Shown in pieces: positions 19,255 through 29,670 of a stretch of DNA of 64,000 nt (positions are counted from its first letter, which is position 1; each line of letters starts with the position of its first letter). Under the pieces are notes generated by a model that was not told the DNA's origin, searched no databases, and saw only the letters and a program-made list of their open reading frames with translations. The position numbers and the translations under genes are program-made. Location: positions 60,537-124,536 of the forward strand of contig JAQVXI010000001.1 in NCBI GenBank assembly GCA_028709215.1, read 5' to 3'. This DNA is from Bacteroidales bacterium. GTDB lineage: Bacteria; Bacteroidota; Bacteroidia; Bacteroidales; UBA1402.

Positions 19255-19803
19255 ATGAAATGTATTAAACCGCTGGGTTTGTTTTTATGTATGCTGATGG
19301 TTGGACTTTCGGCATGTGATGATACCAAAACGTATGCCGAACAGTTGGCCGATGAAAAAGAATCCATTCAGGTTTTTATGGAAAACCGTGGCTATACGGT
19401 AAGCCGGGACGAACCCGAAACGGTACCCTATCCCGAAGGTGTTTTCTATTTAACGGAATCGGGCTTGTACATCCACGTGTTAGATACAGGTGCGTTGGTT
19501 GAGACCCCTCTGGAAACCAATCGAGAATTTACCGTACGATTTTACGAAGTCAGCATGGATGGAGATACCATTTATCAGGACATGGCGGGTTCGAGCCAAC
19601 CGTATAAATTATACTATAATACCGTGCAGTCAGCCAGAAGTCACGGAGACTGTCTCGCTTGGCACGAGCCTTTGTCGTACGTAGGAGATGGTGGACATGT
19701 GTACATCATTGCGCCCACAAAGTTGGGGATGAGTAGGTATACCTCGTCGTCTACGGTTCTGACACCTCGATTCTATGAATTGCGCTATACGTTTGTACCT
19801 TAA
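19255..19803 (+). CDS. Lipoprotein of unknown function (possibly DUF4827 family)
   Basis: 182-aa ORF. Lipobox LMVGLSAC. The family name is recalled from the usual Bacteroides position upstream of glmM and has not been checked. Confidence 0.45.
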   Translation: MKCIKPLGLFLCMLMVGLSACDDTKTYAEQLADEKESIQVFMENRGYTVSRDEPETVPYPEGVFYLTESGLYIHVLDTGALVETPLETNREFTVRFYEVSMDGDTIYQDMAGSSQPYKLYYNTVQSARSHGDCLAWHEPLSYVGDGGHVYIIAPTKLGMSRYTSSSTVLTPRFYELRYTFVP

Positions 19804-19815
19804 CCATACAAGTAA

Positions 19816-21210
19816 ATGAGTTTAATTAAATCGATTTCCGGCATTCGTGGCACCATTGGTGGCCCGGTCGGAGAAGGACTGACCCCGTTGGATCTGGTTC
19901 GCTTTACTTCAGCCTATGCCCATTGGGTTGAACAACACGCAACGCGTAAGTCGAAAAAAATAGTTGTGGGTCGTGATGCCCGAATTTCCGGGGATATGGT
20001 CTTTCAATTGGTTTCCGGCACGTTGATGGGAATGGGTTTTGATGTCGTTGATTTGGGCTTGGCTACAACGCCTACCACAGAACTATCGGTTGTACAATTA
20101 AAAGCCGATGGTGGGATTATTTTAACGGCAAGCCACAATCCAAAACAATGGAACGCCCTTAAGTTGCTGAATGAACAGGGAGAGTTCTTGAATGCAAAAG
20201 AAGGTCAATACGTCTTGGACTTGGCTGCTTCCGATGAGTTTTCGTATGCAGAGGTTGATTGCTTGGGGTCTATGCATCACGATGCATTGGCCTTGAAGCG
20301 GCACATTGAAGCCGTTCTTGCGTTGAATCTCGTGGATGTTCAAGCCATTCGTGATGCGCAGTTTCGTGTCGTTCTGGATACGGTCAACTCCGTTGGAGGA
20401 ATTGTTTTGCCCGAATTGTTGAAAGCCTTGGGGGTAACCGATATCCTGGTGTTGAATGGGGAAGCAAACGGCCGGTTTGCACATAACCCGGAACCATTGC
20501 CGGAACATTTGACTGAAATTGCGGCCAAGGTTGCCGAGGAAAAAGCACATGTAGGTTTTGTTGTTGATCCGGATGTCGATCGTCTGGCCATCGTTTGTGA
20601 AGACGGCCGTCTTTTTGGAGAAGAATATACATTGGTTGCCGTTGCAGATTATGTCTTATCCAAAACGGTCGGAAATACGGTGTCCAACTTGAGTTCTACG
20701 CGTGCCTTGCGTGATGTGACCCAAAAATATGGAGCAAACTACACCGCAGCTGCCGTGGGAGAAGTCAACGTTGTTGCGGCAATGAAAGCCAGTAATGCTG
20801 TGATTGGAGGAGAAGGTAACGGAGGGGTGATTTATCCGGAAAGTCATTACGGACGGGATGCGTTGGTTGGAATTGCCTTGTTTCTGACGCTGATGGCCAA
20901 GTCCGGTAAAACAGTCTCCGAGATCAAGGCGCAGTATCCTGCGTATTATATTGACAAGCAGAAGATGGAACTCAGTCCGAGCATGGATGTGGACGCTGTA
21001 TTAAAAGCCGTCCAAGAGGCGTTTGCCACCGAAGAAGTGTCAACCATTGATGGCGTAAAAATCGACTTTTCAGATAAATGGGTGCACTTGCGTAAATCCA
21101 ATACCGAGCCGATCATTCGCATCTACGCAGAGGCGATCAACCAAGAAGCGGCCGAGGCGTTGTCCAATCAAATTCGTACGGTTATCCAACGTGTGATTCA
21201 GACGATATAA
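19816..21210 (+). CDS. glmM: Phosphoglucosamine mutase
   Basis: 464-aa ORF. Motifs GIRGT, the active-site serine loop TASHNPKQWNALK, and GGEGNGG. Confidence 0.88.
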   Translation: MSLIKSISGIRGTIGGPVGEGLTPLDLVRFTSAYAHWVEQHATRKSKKIVVGRDARISGDMVFQLVSGTLMGMGFDVVDLGLATTPTTELSVVQLKADGGIILTASHNPKQWNALKLLNEQGEFLNAKEGQYVLDLAASDEFSYAEVDCLGSMHHDALALKRHIEAVLALNLVDVQAIRDAQFRVVLDTVNSVGGIVLPELLKALGVTDILVLNGEANGRFAHNPEPLPEHLTEIAAKVAEEKAHVGFVVDPDVDRLAIVCEDGRLFGEEYTLVAVADYVLSKTVGNTVSNLSSTRALRDVTQKYGANYTAAAVGEVNVVAAMKASNAVIGGEGNGGVIYPESHYGRDALVGIALFLTLMAKSGKTVSEIKAQYPAYYIDKQKMELSPSMDVDAVLKAVQEAFATEEVSTIDGVKIDFSDKWVHLRKSNTEPIIRIYAEAINQEAAEALSNQIRTVIQRVIQTI

Positions 21211-21225
21211 ACCATAAGGAAATAG

Positions 21226-21263
21226 ACATGTGGGTTTAGAACATAAAGTTCAAACCCACATGT
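21226..21263. terminator. 12-bp perfect inverted repeat at the convergent glmM / barrel-gene junction
   Basis: ACATGTGGGTTT (21226-21237) pairs with AAACCCACATGT (21252-21263), with a 14-nt loop. The right arm lies in the last codons of the minus-strand gene. No clean U-tract on either side. Confidence 0.4.
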
Positions 21264-22648
21264 CCGTTAAAGTATGCATTGTTGATGGGGAGACCTTGAG
21301 GCGTGATGCTTGCTGGGATGTAATCGGCTGCAGCAAAAATATTGAGAAATAAGAGCTTCATGTTGACGGCCGCTCCAAATGAACTGAGTTCACCGTGCAA
21401 TAACGAATAGGTAAATGCCGTTTGGATCAAGCTTCCGGGCTTGAAATTGGCCGACAGCATCAAATCTTGAAAGTCCCCATAGTCGGTAAACGTAGTCTGT
21501 GAAAGTACACCCAAACTCATTTTGTTCTCAATAATTCCCGCTTCTGCACCCAAGTTTAATTTGCTGTTGAGTCTGCTACGATAGGATCGATAATCCTGGA
21601 CTTTTTCAAATCGAAGCAGGTCTTTTACTTCTTCTTGAATGGAATTCTCCTCCGTTTCGGACGCATTCAGATTCATTCCATCATAGGTGAAATGTCCATC
21701 CGAGGCCGCCTTTTGTATGTGTTTGCTGTTCCAACGGATGGATCCGATATCGGTCAGGGATGCCGATAACTTCAGAAAGGAGACCGGTTTAATCAAAACA
21801 CCCAAATCAAAGGAAAAACCGGATCCGGCATTTGGCAATGCGTTTACAATCGAGGAGAGATTTTGTCCTACCGAGTTGCTGTATTTTTGTTCGAATCCGT
21901 CCAAATACCCGTCTTCGTCGTAACGAAAATCAATTTGATCCGGACCGGCCATTTGTAGATAGCCTTTACTGTAGACATCCCATTGTTCTTCTGAAGCATC
22001 GATTCGTAACTCGTCAAAGCCCATACGAATATCGGATAGGCCTCTTAAATAATTGATGTTTGCCCCGACAATCACTTTCTCACCAAAATTGCTGGAAAAA
22101 CCCATTCCACTGATGGAGTAGGCACTGATATCAAATTGCGTTTGAGTCAAATCAAACGAGGTCACGGAAGCGTTTGCATCCATTCCATCGATGATCATTC
22201 GAAACAAGTCTTTGGGGATTCCCGCATTGGTTTCTATCGACAAACCGCTGTGAAATCGAAGATACCCTTTATCACCCAATTTGATCCCGAGACTAAAGTA
22301 ATCGATGTGCATTCCGGATCGAAACTGTGTTTGGGATTCGATGGATTCCAAGAAAACGTTGCGATCTGCATCCGGATTTAAAAACCAACGTGTTTGTCCA
22401 TCAGGCCCAACTTGTATCAGTTGATTTAAAGCCAAATCCGATTGAACATAAATGGAGAGACTACTGATTCCGATCCCAAAACCGGAATATGATGGATTTA
22501 TGGCCGGATTGGATCGGGCTATTCCGGGTGATTGTTCCAGAAAATACAGAGAATTCGCTTTTTGAGCCTGTAGCGTGCCGAATGAGACAGCAACCGCACA
22601 CAGGATGCAAAGACGATGAATGATTCTTTTCATGTTTAATGGGGTCAT
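21236..22648 (-). CDS. Putative outer-membrane beta-barrel protein of unknown function
   Basis: 470-aa ORF. Signal peptide (MKRIIHRLCILCAVAVSFGTLQA). Many short alternating-hydrophobic strands. The C-terminus GHVGLNFMF ends in Phe, as in OM barrels. It starts 8 nt after the upstream lipoprotein gene. Confidence 0.5.
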   Translation of the reverse strand: MTPLNMKRIIHRLCILCAVAVSFGTLQAQKANSLYFLEQSPGIARSNPAINPSYSGFGIGISSLSIYVQSDLALNQLIQVGPDGQTRWFLNPDADRNVFLESIESQTQFRSGMHIDYFSLGIKLGDKGYLRFHSGLSIETNAGIPKDLFRMIIDGMDANASVTSFDLTQTQFDISAYSISGMGFSSNFGEKVIVGANINYLRGLSDIRMGFDELRIDASEEQWDVYSKGYLQMAGPDQIDFRYDEDGYLDGFEQKYSNSVGQNLSSIVNALPNAGSGFSFDLGVLIKPVSFLKLSASLTDIGSIRWNSKHIQKAASDGHFTYDGMNLNASETEENSIQEEVKDLLRFEKVQDYRSYRSRLNSKLNLGAEAGIIENKMSLGVLSQTTFTDYGDFQDLMLSANFKPGSLIQTAFTYSLLHGELSSFGAAVNMKLLFLNIFAAADYIPASITPQGLPINNAYFNGHVGLNFMF

Positions 22649-22655
22649 GTCTGTT

Positions 22656-24299
22656 TCAAGGGTTTAAATCCAATCGAACGCCACCAGATAGCTTGGCCGT
22701 AATGCTCAAGTGGAGGTAATCTTCGGGTTGTATGCTGACAAAGGCATGATCTCGATGGTTGTCTACGATAAAGCAAACCTTAAAATGCTGTGTGTATCGA
22801 AGTAAATCGATTTGCTCCTTACTTAATTCAATGTTTGTCACGGTTTCGGTTGCACCCAAAGCAAATCCGGTGAGCGGATCAATGGGGCTGGCGGCTTCTA
22901 TGTTGCCCGACGTTACCGTAAATAGATCCAGACTATCGGAGTCCAATGCGGTAAGCTGAACACGCAATCGGAGTGGAATACGGTTTGAAAGAGACAAATG
23001 CAAACTCGCGTCCAAGTCTTCTTGTTCAGTCAGGGCTTTTAAATCGCCCAATGGGCTGTCCAACACCTTATTCATATGCAGAAGAAGATCGGATTTGAAC
23101 TGGAGAGGGATGTCTATGCCGTACTGAATGTGTAGCTGATTCTCTTTTCTCAGTACGTGTGGGATGCTCGGTGTGGTTTGGCTGCTTATATCATAAGCGA
23201 GTGTGAGCTGATCCGGGTTGATGCGAAAGAGTCGGTCCGTTCCCTGTGTACGATTCAGTTCGTGGCGCGTCGTTTCAGGAGCGGTTGAAGCCGCTGCCGG
23301 AAAAATTAGTTGTTGCGTTTCCAATTGAGCCGTAGCATGGGTTTGCTGGTTGATGCTGTTCAATTGCAAATTCATCCGGAAAGGGATCCCCACATTACTT
23401 GTCGTTTGAACGTAGATTTTTGGGTCGTACAAACTGAGTGTATCCGATGCCTGGATAAATGAATGCAGGGCATCCAGTGAGATGGAAGCGTACTGACTTT
23501 GTTGGCTAAACGTAGATTGGCCCCATATCATACGATAATCCACCGCTTCCGGATATGAAACCAGAAGTTGCACATACGTTTGTTGCGCATCGGTGATGAG
23601 GATGTCACCGGAGGACGTAACATCCACAAAAATATCCACGTCAAAGGCAATTCGATTGAGACCATCGTTTAGCCGAAGGCGTTCGCACAGTACGTCGGTT
23701 GGGGTCGCAGGAAGTACGTTCCAAGAATGAATGGTCTGACCGGATTGTGTAAAAAGTGCCTTGTCGTTTTGAGGCTGTACGTGTACTCGGATGTTTGTGT
23801 TGTGTTTGGGTCCCCCCAATCCAATGGTGTTGACTTCAAAACGCAACAGCGAATGCGTCAATTGAACGCTATCTACATCAAAACGATTCGAATCAAAATC
23901 GGGTAAATTCATGTAAACGGTTCCTGAATATCGATATTGGTTGATGGGAAGTGCATAAGGAAGGTTGGTTTCTCCTGTTGCATTGTAAACAGGAATGCTG
24001 CTTTGAAAGGGGTCTAAATGAGGGAAGTCGTAGCCATTCAATGAGTCAAGTAAACCTTCCGGTTCAATTTCTCCCGTGTAACGTAGGGTATACACTCCAT
24101 TTTCAACGACCAACAGTCCACTATCCAGATCCAGCCCTTTCATGAGGCTATCCATGCGAATGGTGGCCGTGCCAATGGGTGCACGTAAGCCCGCTTGAAA
24201 CAGCTCGATCTCGCTGGATAGCTTGCCGGTATCGTATGCATCGTTGATGCAAGCCGTAAATAGAAGAATGATGGAAAGAATCAGAATATGGCGTTTCAT
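22656..24299 (-). CDS. Lipoprotein of unknown function (547 aa)
   Basis: Lipobox SIILLFTAC. Long, beta-rich, Cys-poor sequence with no motif I recognise. Confidence 0.45.
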   Translation of the reverse strand: MKRHILILSIILLFTACINDAYDTGKLSSEIELFQAGLRAPIGTATIRMDSLMKGLDLDSGLLVVENGVYTLRYTGEIEPEGLLDSLNGYDFPHLDPFQSSIPVYNATGETNLPYALPINQYRYSGTVYMNLPDFDSNRFDVDSVQLTHSLLRFEVNTIGLGGPKHNTNIRVHVQPQNDKALFTQSGQTIHSWNVLPATPTDVLCERLRLNDGLNRIAFDVDIFVDVTSSGDILITDAQQTYVQLLVSYPEAVDYRMIWGQSTFSQQSQYASISLDALHSFIQASDTLSLYDPKIYVQTTSNVGIPFRMNLQLNSINQQTHATAQLETQQLIFPAAASTAPETTRHELNRTQGTDRLFRINPDQLTLAYDISSQTTPSIPHVLRKENQLHIQYGIDIPLQFKSDLLLHMNKVLDSPLGDLKALTEQEDLDASLHLSLSNRIPLRLRVQLTALDSDSLDLFTVTSGNIEAASPIDPLTGFALGATETVTNIELSKEQIDLLRYTQHFKVCFIVDNHRDHAFVSIQPEDYLHLSITAKLSGGVRLDLNP

Positions 24300-24350
24300 A
24301 TTTTTCTACGTTTGAAGGGGCAATAATACGAATTTATCCCCGAATCTCAT

Positions 24351-24386
24351 AAAAAGAGGCCGTCCATTTTGTGTTGGACGGCCTCT
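24351..24386 (-). terminator. Intrinsic terminator after mutB
   Basis: Minus strand: AGAGGCCGTCCA-ACACAAAA-TGGACGGCCTCT followed by TTTTT. 12-bp stem (24355-24366 / 24375-24386), 18 nt after the mutB stop. Confidence 0.75.
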
Positions 24387-24404
24387 GTAGTGGATTGAGA
24401 AGAA

Positions 24405-26549
24405 TTACTCGTTGTCCTGAAGTAATATTTCCATAATGGTACAGGCTGCTTTGGAGACCGAGGTACCCGGTCCGAAAATACCGGCTACACCTGCTTTGTA
24501 CAGGTAATCGTAATCCTGTGCAGGAATAACCCCACCTGCAATGACCAAAATATCTTCACGACCCAGTTGCTTGAGTTCTTCGATGACCTGAGGTACGAGC
24601 GTTTTGTGCCCGGCGGCCAACGAGGATACACCTAGGATATTCACATCGTTTTCGACTGCTTGTTTTGCCGCTTCTGCCGGAGTCTGAAATAAGGGACCCA
24701 TGTCGACATCAAAGCCACAATCGGCATATCCGGTAGCGACTACTTTTGCACCGCGATCGTGACCATCCTGGCCCATCTTTGCGATCATAATACGGGGTTG
24801 ACGACCTTCCTTTTGAGCAAATGTCTCAACCAGCGAGCAGGCTTTCTGAAAGTCTGCATCCCCTTTGGTTTCGGATGAATACACGCCTGAAATGGTTCTG
24901 ATTACTGCTTTATAACGTCCAACGATCTTTTCACAGGCATAGGAGATTTCTCCCAGGCTTGCACGAACACGAGCGGCCTCTACAGCCAACTCCAATAGGT
25001 TGCCCTGCTTGGTTTCAACACAGCGTGTAATTGCATCCAATGCCTCTTGCACGGCTTTTTCGTCTCGATTGGCTTTTAATTGATTCAGTCGATCGATTTG
25101 TTGCAAGCGCACGGCTGTGTTGTCGATTTCCAAGATGTCAATCGGATCTTCTTTTTCCAAACGGTACTTGTTGACGCCTACAATCACTTGATTACTGGAA
25201 TCAATGCGTGCTTGTGCACGAGCTGCAGCCTCTTCAATACGCATTTTCGGAATGCCGGTTTCGATGGCTTTGGCCATCCCTCCAAGGCTTTCCACTTCCT
25301 CGATCAAGGCCCATGCCTTTTCAGCCAATTCTTTTGTTAAATTTTCTACATAATAAGAACCGGCCCATGGATCCACTTCCCGACAGATATGAGTCTCCTC
25401 CTGGATGTAAATTTGCGTATTTCTGGCAATGCGCGCAGAAAAATCGGTCGGCAAGGCGATGGCTTCATCCAACGCATTGGTATGCAGTGATTGAGTGTGC
25501 CCCAGTGCAGCGCCCATGGCTTCAATACACGTACGTCCGATGTTGTTGAAGGGATCTTGTTCGGTCAACGACCAACCGGAGGTTTGACTATGCGTGCGCA
25601 AAGCCAGTGATTTTGGATTTTTGGGATTGAATTTTTTAACAATCTTTGCCCACAACATACGTGCTGCACGCATCTTGGCAATTTCCATAAAATGGTTCAT
25701 TCCGATGGCCCAGAAGAACGAAAGACGTGGTGCAAACGAGTCGATATCCATGCCTGCATTGACACCTGCTCTCAAATATTCCAGTCCATCTGCCAAGGTA
25801 TATGCCAATTCAATATCCGCTGTAGCACCAGCCTCTTGCATGTGATAACCGGATATGGATATGGAATTAAACTTCGGCATTTTTTTGGAAGTGTATTCAA
25901 AAATATCGGCAATGATTTTCATCGAAAATTCGGGTGGGTAGATGTAGGTATTCCGCACCATGAATTCTTTCAAAATATCGTTTTGAATGGTACCTGCCAT
26001 TTCCTCCAAATTGGCTCCCTGTTCGAGTCCTGCATTGATGTAAAAGGCCAGGATGGGAAGCACTGCACCATTCATGGTCATTGAAACAGACATTTTATTC
26101 AACGGGATGCCGTCAAACAAGACCTTCATATCTTCGACGGAACAGATGGAAACGCCGGCTTTACCCACGTCGCCTACAACGCGTTCGTGGTCTGCATCGT
26201 AACCGCGATGGGTTGCTAAATCAAACGCAACGGAAAGCCCTTTTTGACCTGCGGCCAGATTACGACGGTAGAAGGCATTGGATTCTTCGGCCGTAGAGAA
26301 ACCGGCATATTGTCGAACGGTCCAAGGACGCATCGCATACATTACACTATACGGTCCTCTCAAAAACGGTGCCACGCCGGCTGCATAATTTAGGTGCTCC
26401 ATGCCCGCTAGATCGGCCATGCTGTATACGGATTTTACCTCAATGTGCTCCGGCGTTTTCCAGTCGGAAACGGGTCCCATCGCAGTCTCTTCGCCTTTTG
26501 GAGTAGAAACGAGGTTGTTTAGTTCTATTTTTTTGAAATCTGGTTTCAT
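24405..26549 (-). CDS. mutB: Methylmalonyl-CoA mutase, large (catalytic, B12-binding) subunit
   Basis: 714-aa ORF. RIARNTQ motif. C-terminal cobalamin-binding DxHxxG motif ([12 protein letters not shown]). Confidence 0.92.
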   Translation of the reverse strand: MKPDFKKIELNNLVSTPKGEETAMGPVSDWKTPEHIEVKSVYSMADLAGMEHLNYAAGVAPFLRGPYSVMYAMRPWTVRQYAGFSTAEESNAFYRRNLAAGQKGLSVAFDLATHRGYDADHERVVGDVGKAGVSICSVEDMKVLFDGIPLNKMSVSMTMNGAVLPILAFYINAGLEQGANLEEMAGTIQNDILKEFMVRNTYIYPPEFSMKIIADIFEYTSKKMPKFNSISISGYHMQEAGATADIELAYTLADGLEYLRAGVNAGMDIDSFAPRLSFFWAIGMNHFMEIAKMRAARMLWAKIVKKFNPKNPKSLALRTHSQTSGWSLTEQDPFNNIGRTCIEAMGAALGHTQSLHTNALDEAIALPTDFSARIARNTQIYIQEETHICREVDPWAGSYYVENLTKELAEKAWALIEEVESLGGMAKAIETGIPKMRIEEAAARAQARIDSSNQVIVGVNKYRLEKEDPIDILEIDNTAVRLQQIDRLNQLKANRDEKAVQEALDAITRCVETKQGNLLELAVEAARVRASLGEISYACEKIVGRYKAVIRTISGVYSSETKGDADFQKACSLVETFAQKEGRQPRIMIAKMGQDGHDRGAKVVATGYADCGFDVDMGPLFQTPAEAAKQAVENDVNILGVSSLAAGHKTLVPQVIEELKQLGREDILVIAGGVIPAQDYDYLYKAGVAGIFGPGTSVSKAACTIMEILLQDNE

Positions 26550-26559
26550 ACGAATTCGC

Positions 26560-28413
26560 TTATTGGATTCCTACTAATTGGTTGAACTGTTGCAAGGTTT
26601 GCAACACGTTTGAACGAACGTTGATAAAGTGTTTTATGCCTTGCTCTTGCAATTCGGCCTGACAAGCGGGTGCGCCTGCGATGACCAGAATCTCTTTTCC
26701 CGAACCAATCGCTTGTAGGGCTTCTGGGCCAAAGGTTGCATATTCCTCGTCTCCGGAGCAGAGCACAACGATGTCGGCATTTGCACGTCTGGCTGCATGA
26801 ATCCCTTCTTCTATGGTTTTGAAACCAAGATTGTCAACAATTTCATATCCGGCACAAGCGAAGAAATTGCTGGAGAATTGAGCTCTTGCCAAGCGCATGT
26901 TTAATGGCCCAATGGTCAACATAAATGCAGTAGGACGCTTCGCTGCTTTTTCTGTGGACAAACGCAGTGCTTCAAATTCGGTAGCGGCTCGTTTTGTCTC
27001 CAATGTGTGCACCTGAGTCGAGTTGTCTGCTTGTACGGGTGTTTGGATTTTTGCGGAAGCGGTTTCGTTGAAATTCGGATACTGGTTGGTACCGAGTAGC
27101 ACTTCCTTGCGGGACGAAACAGCAAAGCGTCGCTTGCTCCCTGTTTCATTGATGTCCTGTTGGATGCTGCCTTGTTCAACGGCAGCAGCAAAGCCACCTT
27201 GATCATCGGTTGTAAGGAATATTTTCCAAGCGGCTTCTGCCAGCATTTGAGTCAGATTCTCGATATAATAGGAACCTCCGGCTGCATCCGCTACCTTGTC
27301 AAAATGTGCTTCTTCTTTTAGGAGTAATTGTTGATTGCGTGCAATGCGTTCTGAGAATGCATCCGATGCTTTGTAGGGTTGATCAAAGGGAAGTACTGTG
27401 ATGGAATCAACGCTTGCGATGGACGCAGACATGGCTTCGGTTTGTGTCCTCAGTAAATTTACGTGTGCATCGTAAACGGTCAAATTCCATTCGCTGGTAA
27501 ACGCATGCTGACGCATCTTTGCGGCATCTGTATGAATGGCCTCCGGTGCCCAGGCTTGTACAATTTTAGCCCAAAGTAGTCGTGCGGCTCTAAATTTTGC
27601 GATTTCCATAAAGTAGTTGGAACCGATGCCAAAATTAAATTTGATCATCCCTGCCGATTGAGCGGGTGTGAGGCCGGCATTGACTCCCTGCTGGATGTAC
27701 TCATTTCCCCATGCCAGTGCGTAGCCCAATTCTTGGCTTGCTGTTGCGCCTGCATTGTTGAAGATTTGGGCGTTCACACCCAGCACTCGTAGTTTAGGGA
27801 GTATTTTGCATACATCCAATAAGCCTTTGAGGGTCGCCTCCATCTCGATGTTTGGCTTTTTACCCGATGTCAATTGTGATTTATACGGATCAAAATTGAT
27901 GGATGCCTCGATGCGACCAGCATCCAAGTTGTTTGATTGAACGAAGTCTGCGAGTATGCGGGCTGTGTTTAATGCATAGGAATAGCAGGTACGAAAATTT
28001 AACTCGATGCATTCCAAACAAATTCCATTCAACAAGACTTTCAGAAAATCGGTGTCGATTTCATTTCCGGACAAAACGAAGCAAATCGAATCGGCTCCCT
28101 TGTTGAGGATGTCCAATGCTTTTGTATTGGCAACACGCGCGTCATTTGCGTCAATTTCTTGACGTACATACCAGTGATTTTGAGTCTTGCATCCTCGAAC
28201 GTATGGAAATTGTCCGGGTAAGGATGCAACGTTTTGGTTGCCTTGCAGATCCTCTGCTCGGTAAAAAGGCTTCACGGAAAATCCCTCCAGGGTTTTCCAC
28301 ATGAGTTTCTTTTCGAAATCGGCTCCCTTCAGGTCGGCGACGATTTTGTCCATCCATTCTCCGGTACTGACCGGAGGGAATTCCGAAAATAACTGTTCTT
28401 TACTATCTGCCAT
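26560..28413 (-). CDS. mutA: Methylmalonyl-CoA mutase, small subunit
   Basis: The ORF-track ORF extends to 28455. I prefer ATG 28413 ([16 protein letters not shown]...), the usual N-terminus of Bacteroidales MutA. Mutase fold ([10 protein letters not shown]) but no DxHxxG motif. 10-nt gap to mutB. Confidence 0.88.
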   Translation of the reverse strand: MADSKEQLFSEFPPVSTGEWMDKIVADLKGADFEKKLMWKTLEGFSVKPFYRAEDLQGNQNVASLPGQFPYVRGCKTQNHWYVRQEIDANDARVANTKALDILNKGADSICFVLSGNEIDTDFLKVLLNGICLECIELNFRTCYSYALNTARILADFVQSNNLDAGRIEASINFDPYKSQLTSGKKPNIEMEATLKGLLDVCKILPKLRVLGVNAQIFNNAGATASQELGYALAWGNEYIQQGVNAGLTPAQSAGMIKFNFGIGSNYFMEIAKFRAARLLWAKIVQAWAPEAIHTDAAKMRQHAFTSEWNLTVYDAHVNLLRTQTEAMSASIASVDSITVLPFDQPYKASDAFSERIARNQQLLLKEEAHFDKVADAAGGSYYIENLTQMLAEAAWKIFLTTDDQGGFAAAVEQGSIQQDINETGSKRRFAVSSRKEVLLGTNQYPNFNETASAKIQTPVQADNSTQVHTLETKRAATEFEALRLSTEKAAKRPTAFMLTIGPLNMRLARAQFSSNFFACAGYEIVDNLGFKTIEEGIHAARRANADIVVLCSGDEEYATFGPEALQAIGSGKEILVIAGAPACQAELQEQGIKHFINVRSNVLQTLQQFNQLVGIQ

Positions 28414-28480
28414 AGTGTAAGCGTTATGGGTTGATTTAACGGTTGAGAGTAACATTGCCGGCTTGCGCCAAAAGCAGTCA

Positions 28481-28488
28481 CAAAGATA
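28481..28488 (-). promoter_or_regulatory. -7 promoter motif (TATCTTTG on the minus strand) upstream of mutA
   Basis: Plus-strand CAAAGATA = minus-strand TATCTTTG, in the divergent intergenic region. Confidence 0.4.
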
Positions 28489-28537
28489 CCTTTTTCATTA
28501 GTATCCGGCAAAACAAGTTGAGAATTAAATAAATGTG

Positions 28538-28545
28538 TATCTTTG
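28538..28545 (+). promoter_or_regulatory. -7 promoter motif TATCTTTG upstream of the HPPK-like gene
   Basis: Exact TAnnTTTG match ending 16 nt before ATG 28562. Confidence 0.4.
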
Positions 28546-28561
28546 AAAAAAGACGATCCAT

Positions 28562-28954
28562 ATGCATTTCTGTACCGTATTATTGGGGTCGAATGTACCC
28601 GATGCCACCGATTTGATTGATGCTGTCAGTGTACAGATTTTGGGCAAGCTCTTGCAAGAAGCCAAGTGTTCGGACATTCTCAAAAGTGCCGATCAATCAC
28701 AAGGCGTACCACCGGATGCACCCCTATACAGCAATCGTATCATTCAGGGGCGTACAAAGCATACACGTGCCTACCTAGAATCACAATTAAAAGCCATTGA
28801 AGACCAGTGTGGTCGACGACGTGGCCCCGAAGCCAATGGGTGGGTTGCGATGGATTTGGACTTAGTTGAATGGGATGGGTTGCTCTTGAGACCGAAAGAC
28901 GCTTCGAGAAGCTACTTCATCGAGTGCATGAAATCGTTGCAATCCAATCGTTAG
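28562..28954 (+). CDS. HPPK-like protein (2-amino-4-hydroxy-6-hydroxymethyldihydropteridine diphosphokinase family, divergent)
   Basis: 130-aa ORF. LLGSN near the N-terminus, and IEDQCGRRRGPEANGWVAMDLDLV resembling the HPPK loop-3 region GR.R....WGPRTLDLDI. It is shorter and lacks the Arg after Trp. Confidence 0.4.
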   Translation: MHFCTVLLGSNVPDATDLIDAVSVQILGKLLQEAKCSDILKSADQSQGVPPDAPLYSNRIIQGRTKHTRAYLESQLKAIEDQCGRRRGPEANGWVAMDLDLVEWDGLLLRPKDASRSYFIECMKSLQSNR

Positions 28955-29670
28955 TTCGTTTTGTTTGTATTCTTCTCAAGCGCATTTGTTAAATTCTGAA
29001 GTTCGTTGCGATTGGCGGTGCTTGTTTTCAGATAAATGCTTTTGGCATGGCTTTTGACCGTATTGAGGGATATGTATAAGTGTTCGGCGATGTTCAGATA
29101 GCGCTCGCCTTGAATCAACCAATCGAGTGCTTCTGTTTCACGCGTTGTCAATCCGTACAGTTGTTGTATGCGATGGGCAACGGATTGTTCGTTTCGAATC
29201 GGGTACAACATGATCAAGAAATAGACCACATGCAAGTGTGCATTCTTTAACGGATGTAGGTTGATACGGATGTCTACACTGCTTTTTGACGGGGTGCATG
29301 CCTGCACGATTAAGTTGCTGGTTTCTTCCTGACCGGCAGAAAGCAGGAGCATGTGTTGTCTGATGTCTGAGCTGGAAAGGAAAAGGGCCTCCAGCGTGTG
29401 CTGTTCCATATCGGAACGGGTCAGGCCATTGCATAAAAATCGATGTTTGTTTACAGAAATAATCATGCCGTCGGTCGAAAGAAGCATGCTTTCTGTTGGT
29501 ACAAAGTGAGTAATGTGGCTGAGTAGTCGATGGGTATTCATCCGTTCCGGTTGATATTTTAAAACGGATACAACAATGCCAGCCAATGCCAGTGAACCCA
29601 GATTGTTGAGGTCCATTTCCATGGGGATCGTCCAAATGCCACCGGCAATCCAGAGAAGTACAAGAAGCAA
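28951..29670 (-). CDS. LuxR/GerE-family transcriptional regulator with hydrophobic N-terminus
   Basis: 239-aa ORF. C-terminal HTH LTTRETEALDWLIQGERYLNIAEHLYISLNTVKSHAKSIYLKT. Two N-terminal hydrophobic segments (MLLVLLWIAGGIWTI, LGSLALAGIVVSVL). An in-frame stop 39 nt upstream fixes the start. Confidence 0.75.
   Translation of the reverse strand: MLLVLLWIAGGIWTIPMEMDLNNLGSLALAGIVVSVLKYQPERMNTHRLLSHITHFVPTESMLLSTDGMIISVNKHRFLCNGLTRSDMEQHTLEALFLSSSDIRQHMLLLSAGQEETSNLIVQACTPSKSSVDIRINLHPLKNAHLHVVYFLIMLYPIRNEQSVAHRIQQLYGLTTRETEALDWLIQGERYLNIAEHLYISLNTVKSHAKSIYLKTSTANRNELQNLTNALEKNTNKTN

Noticed and set aside
28414-28561. Possible cobalamin riboswitch upstream of the B12-dependent mutAB operon
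   Set aside because: The spacer is short and AT-rich, holds two divergent -7 promoter motifs, and shows no B12-box-like or multi-stem GC-rich structure. B12 riboswitches usually control transport or B12-independent isozymes, not mutAB.
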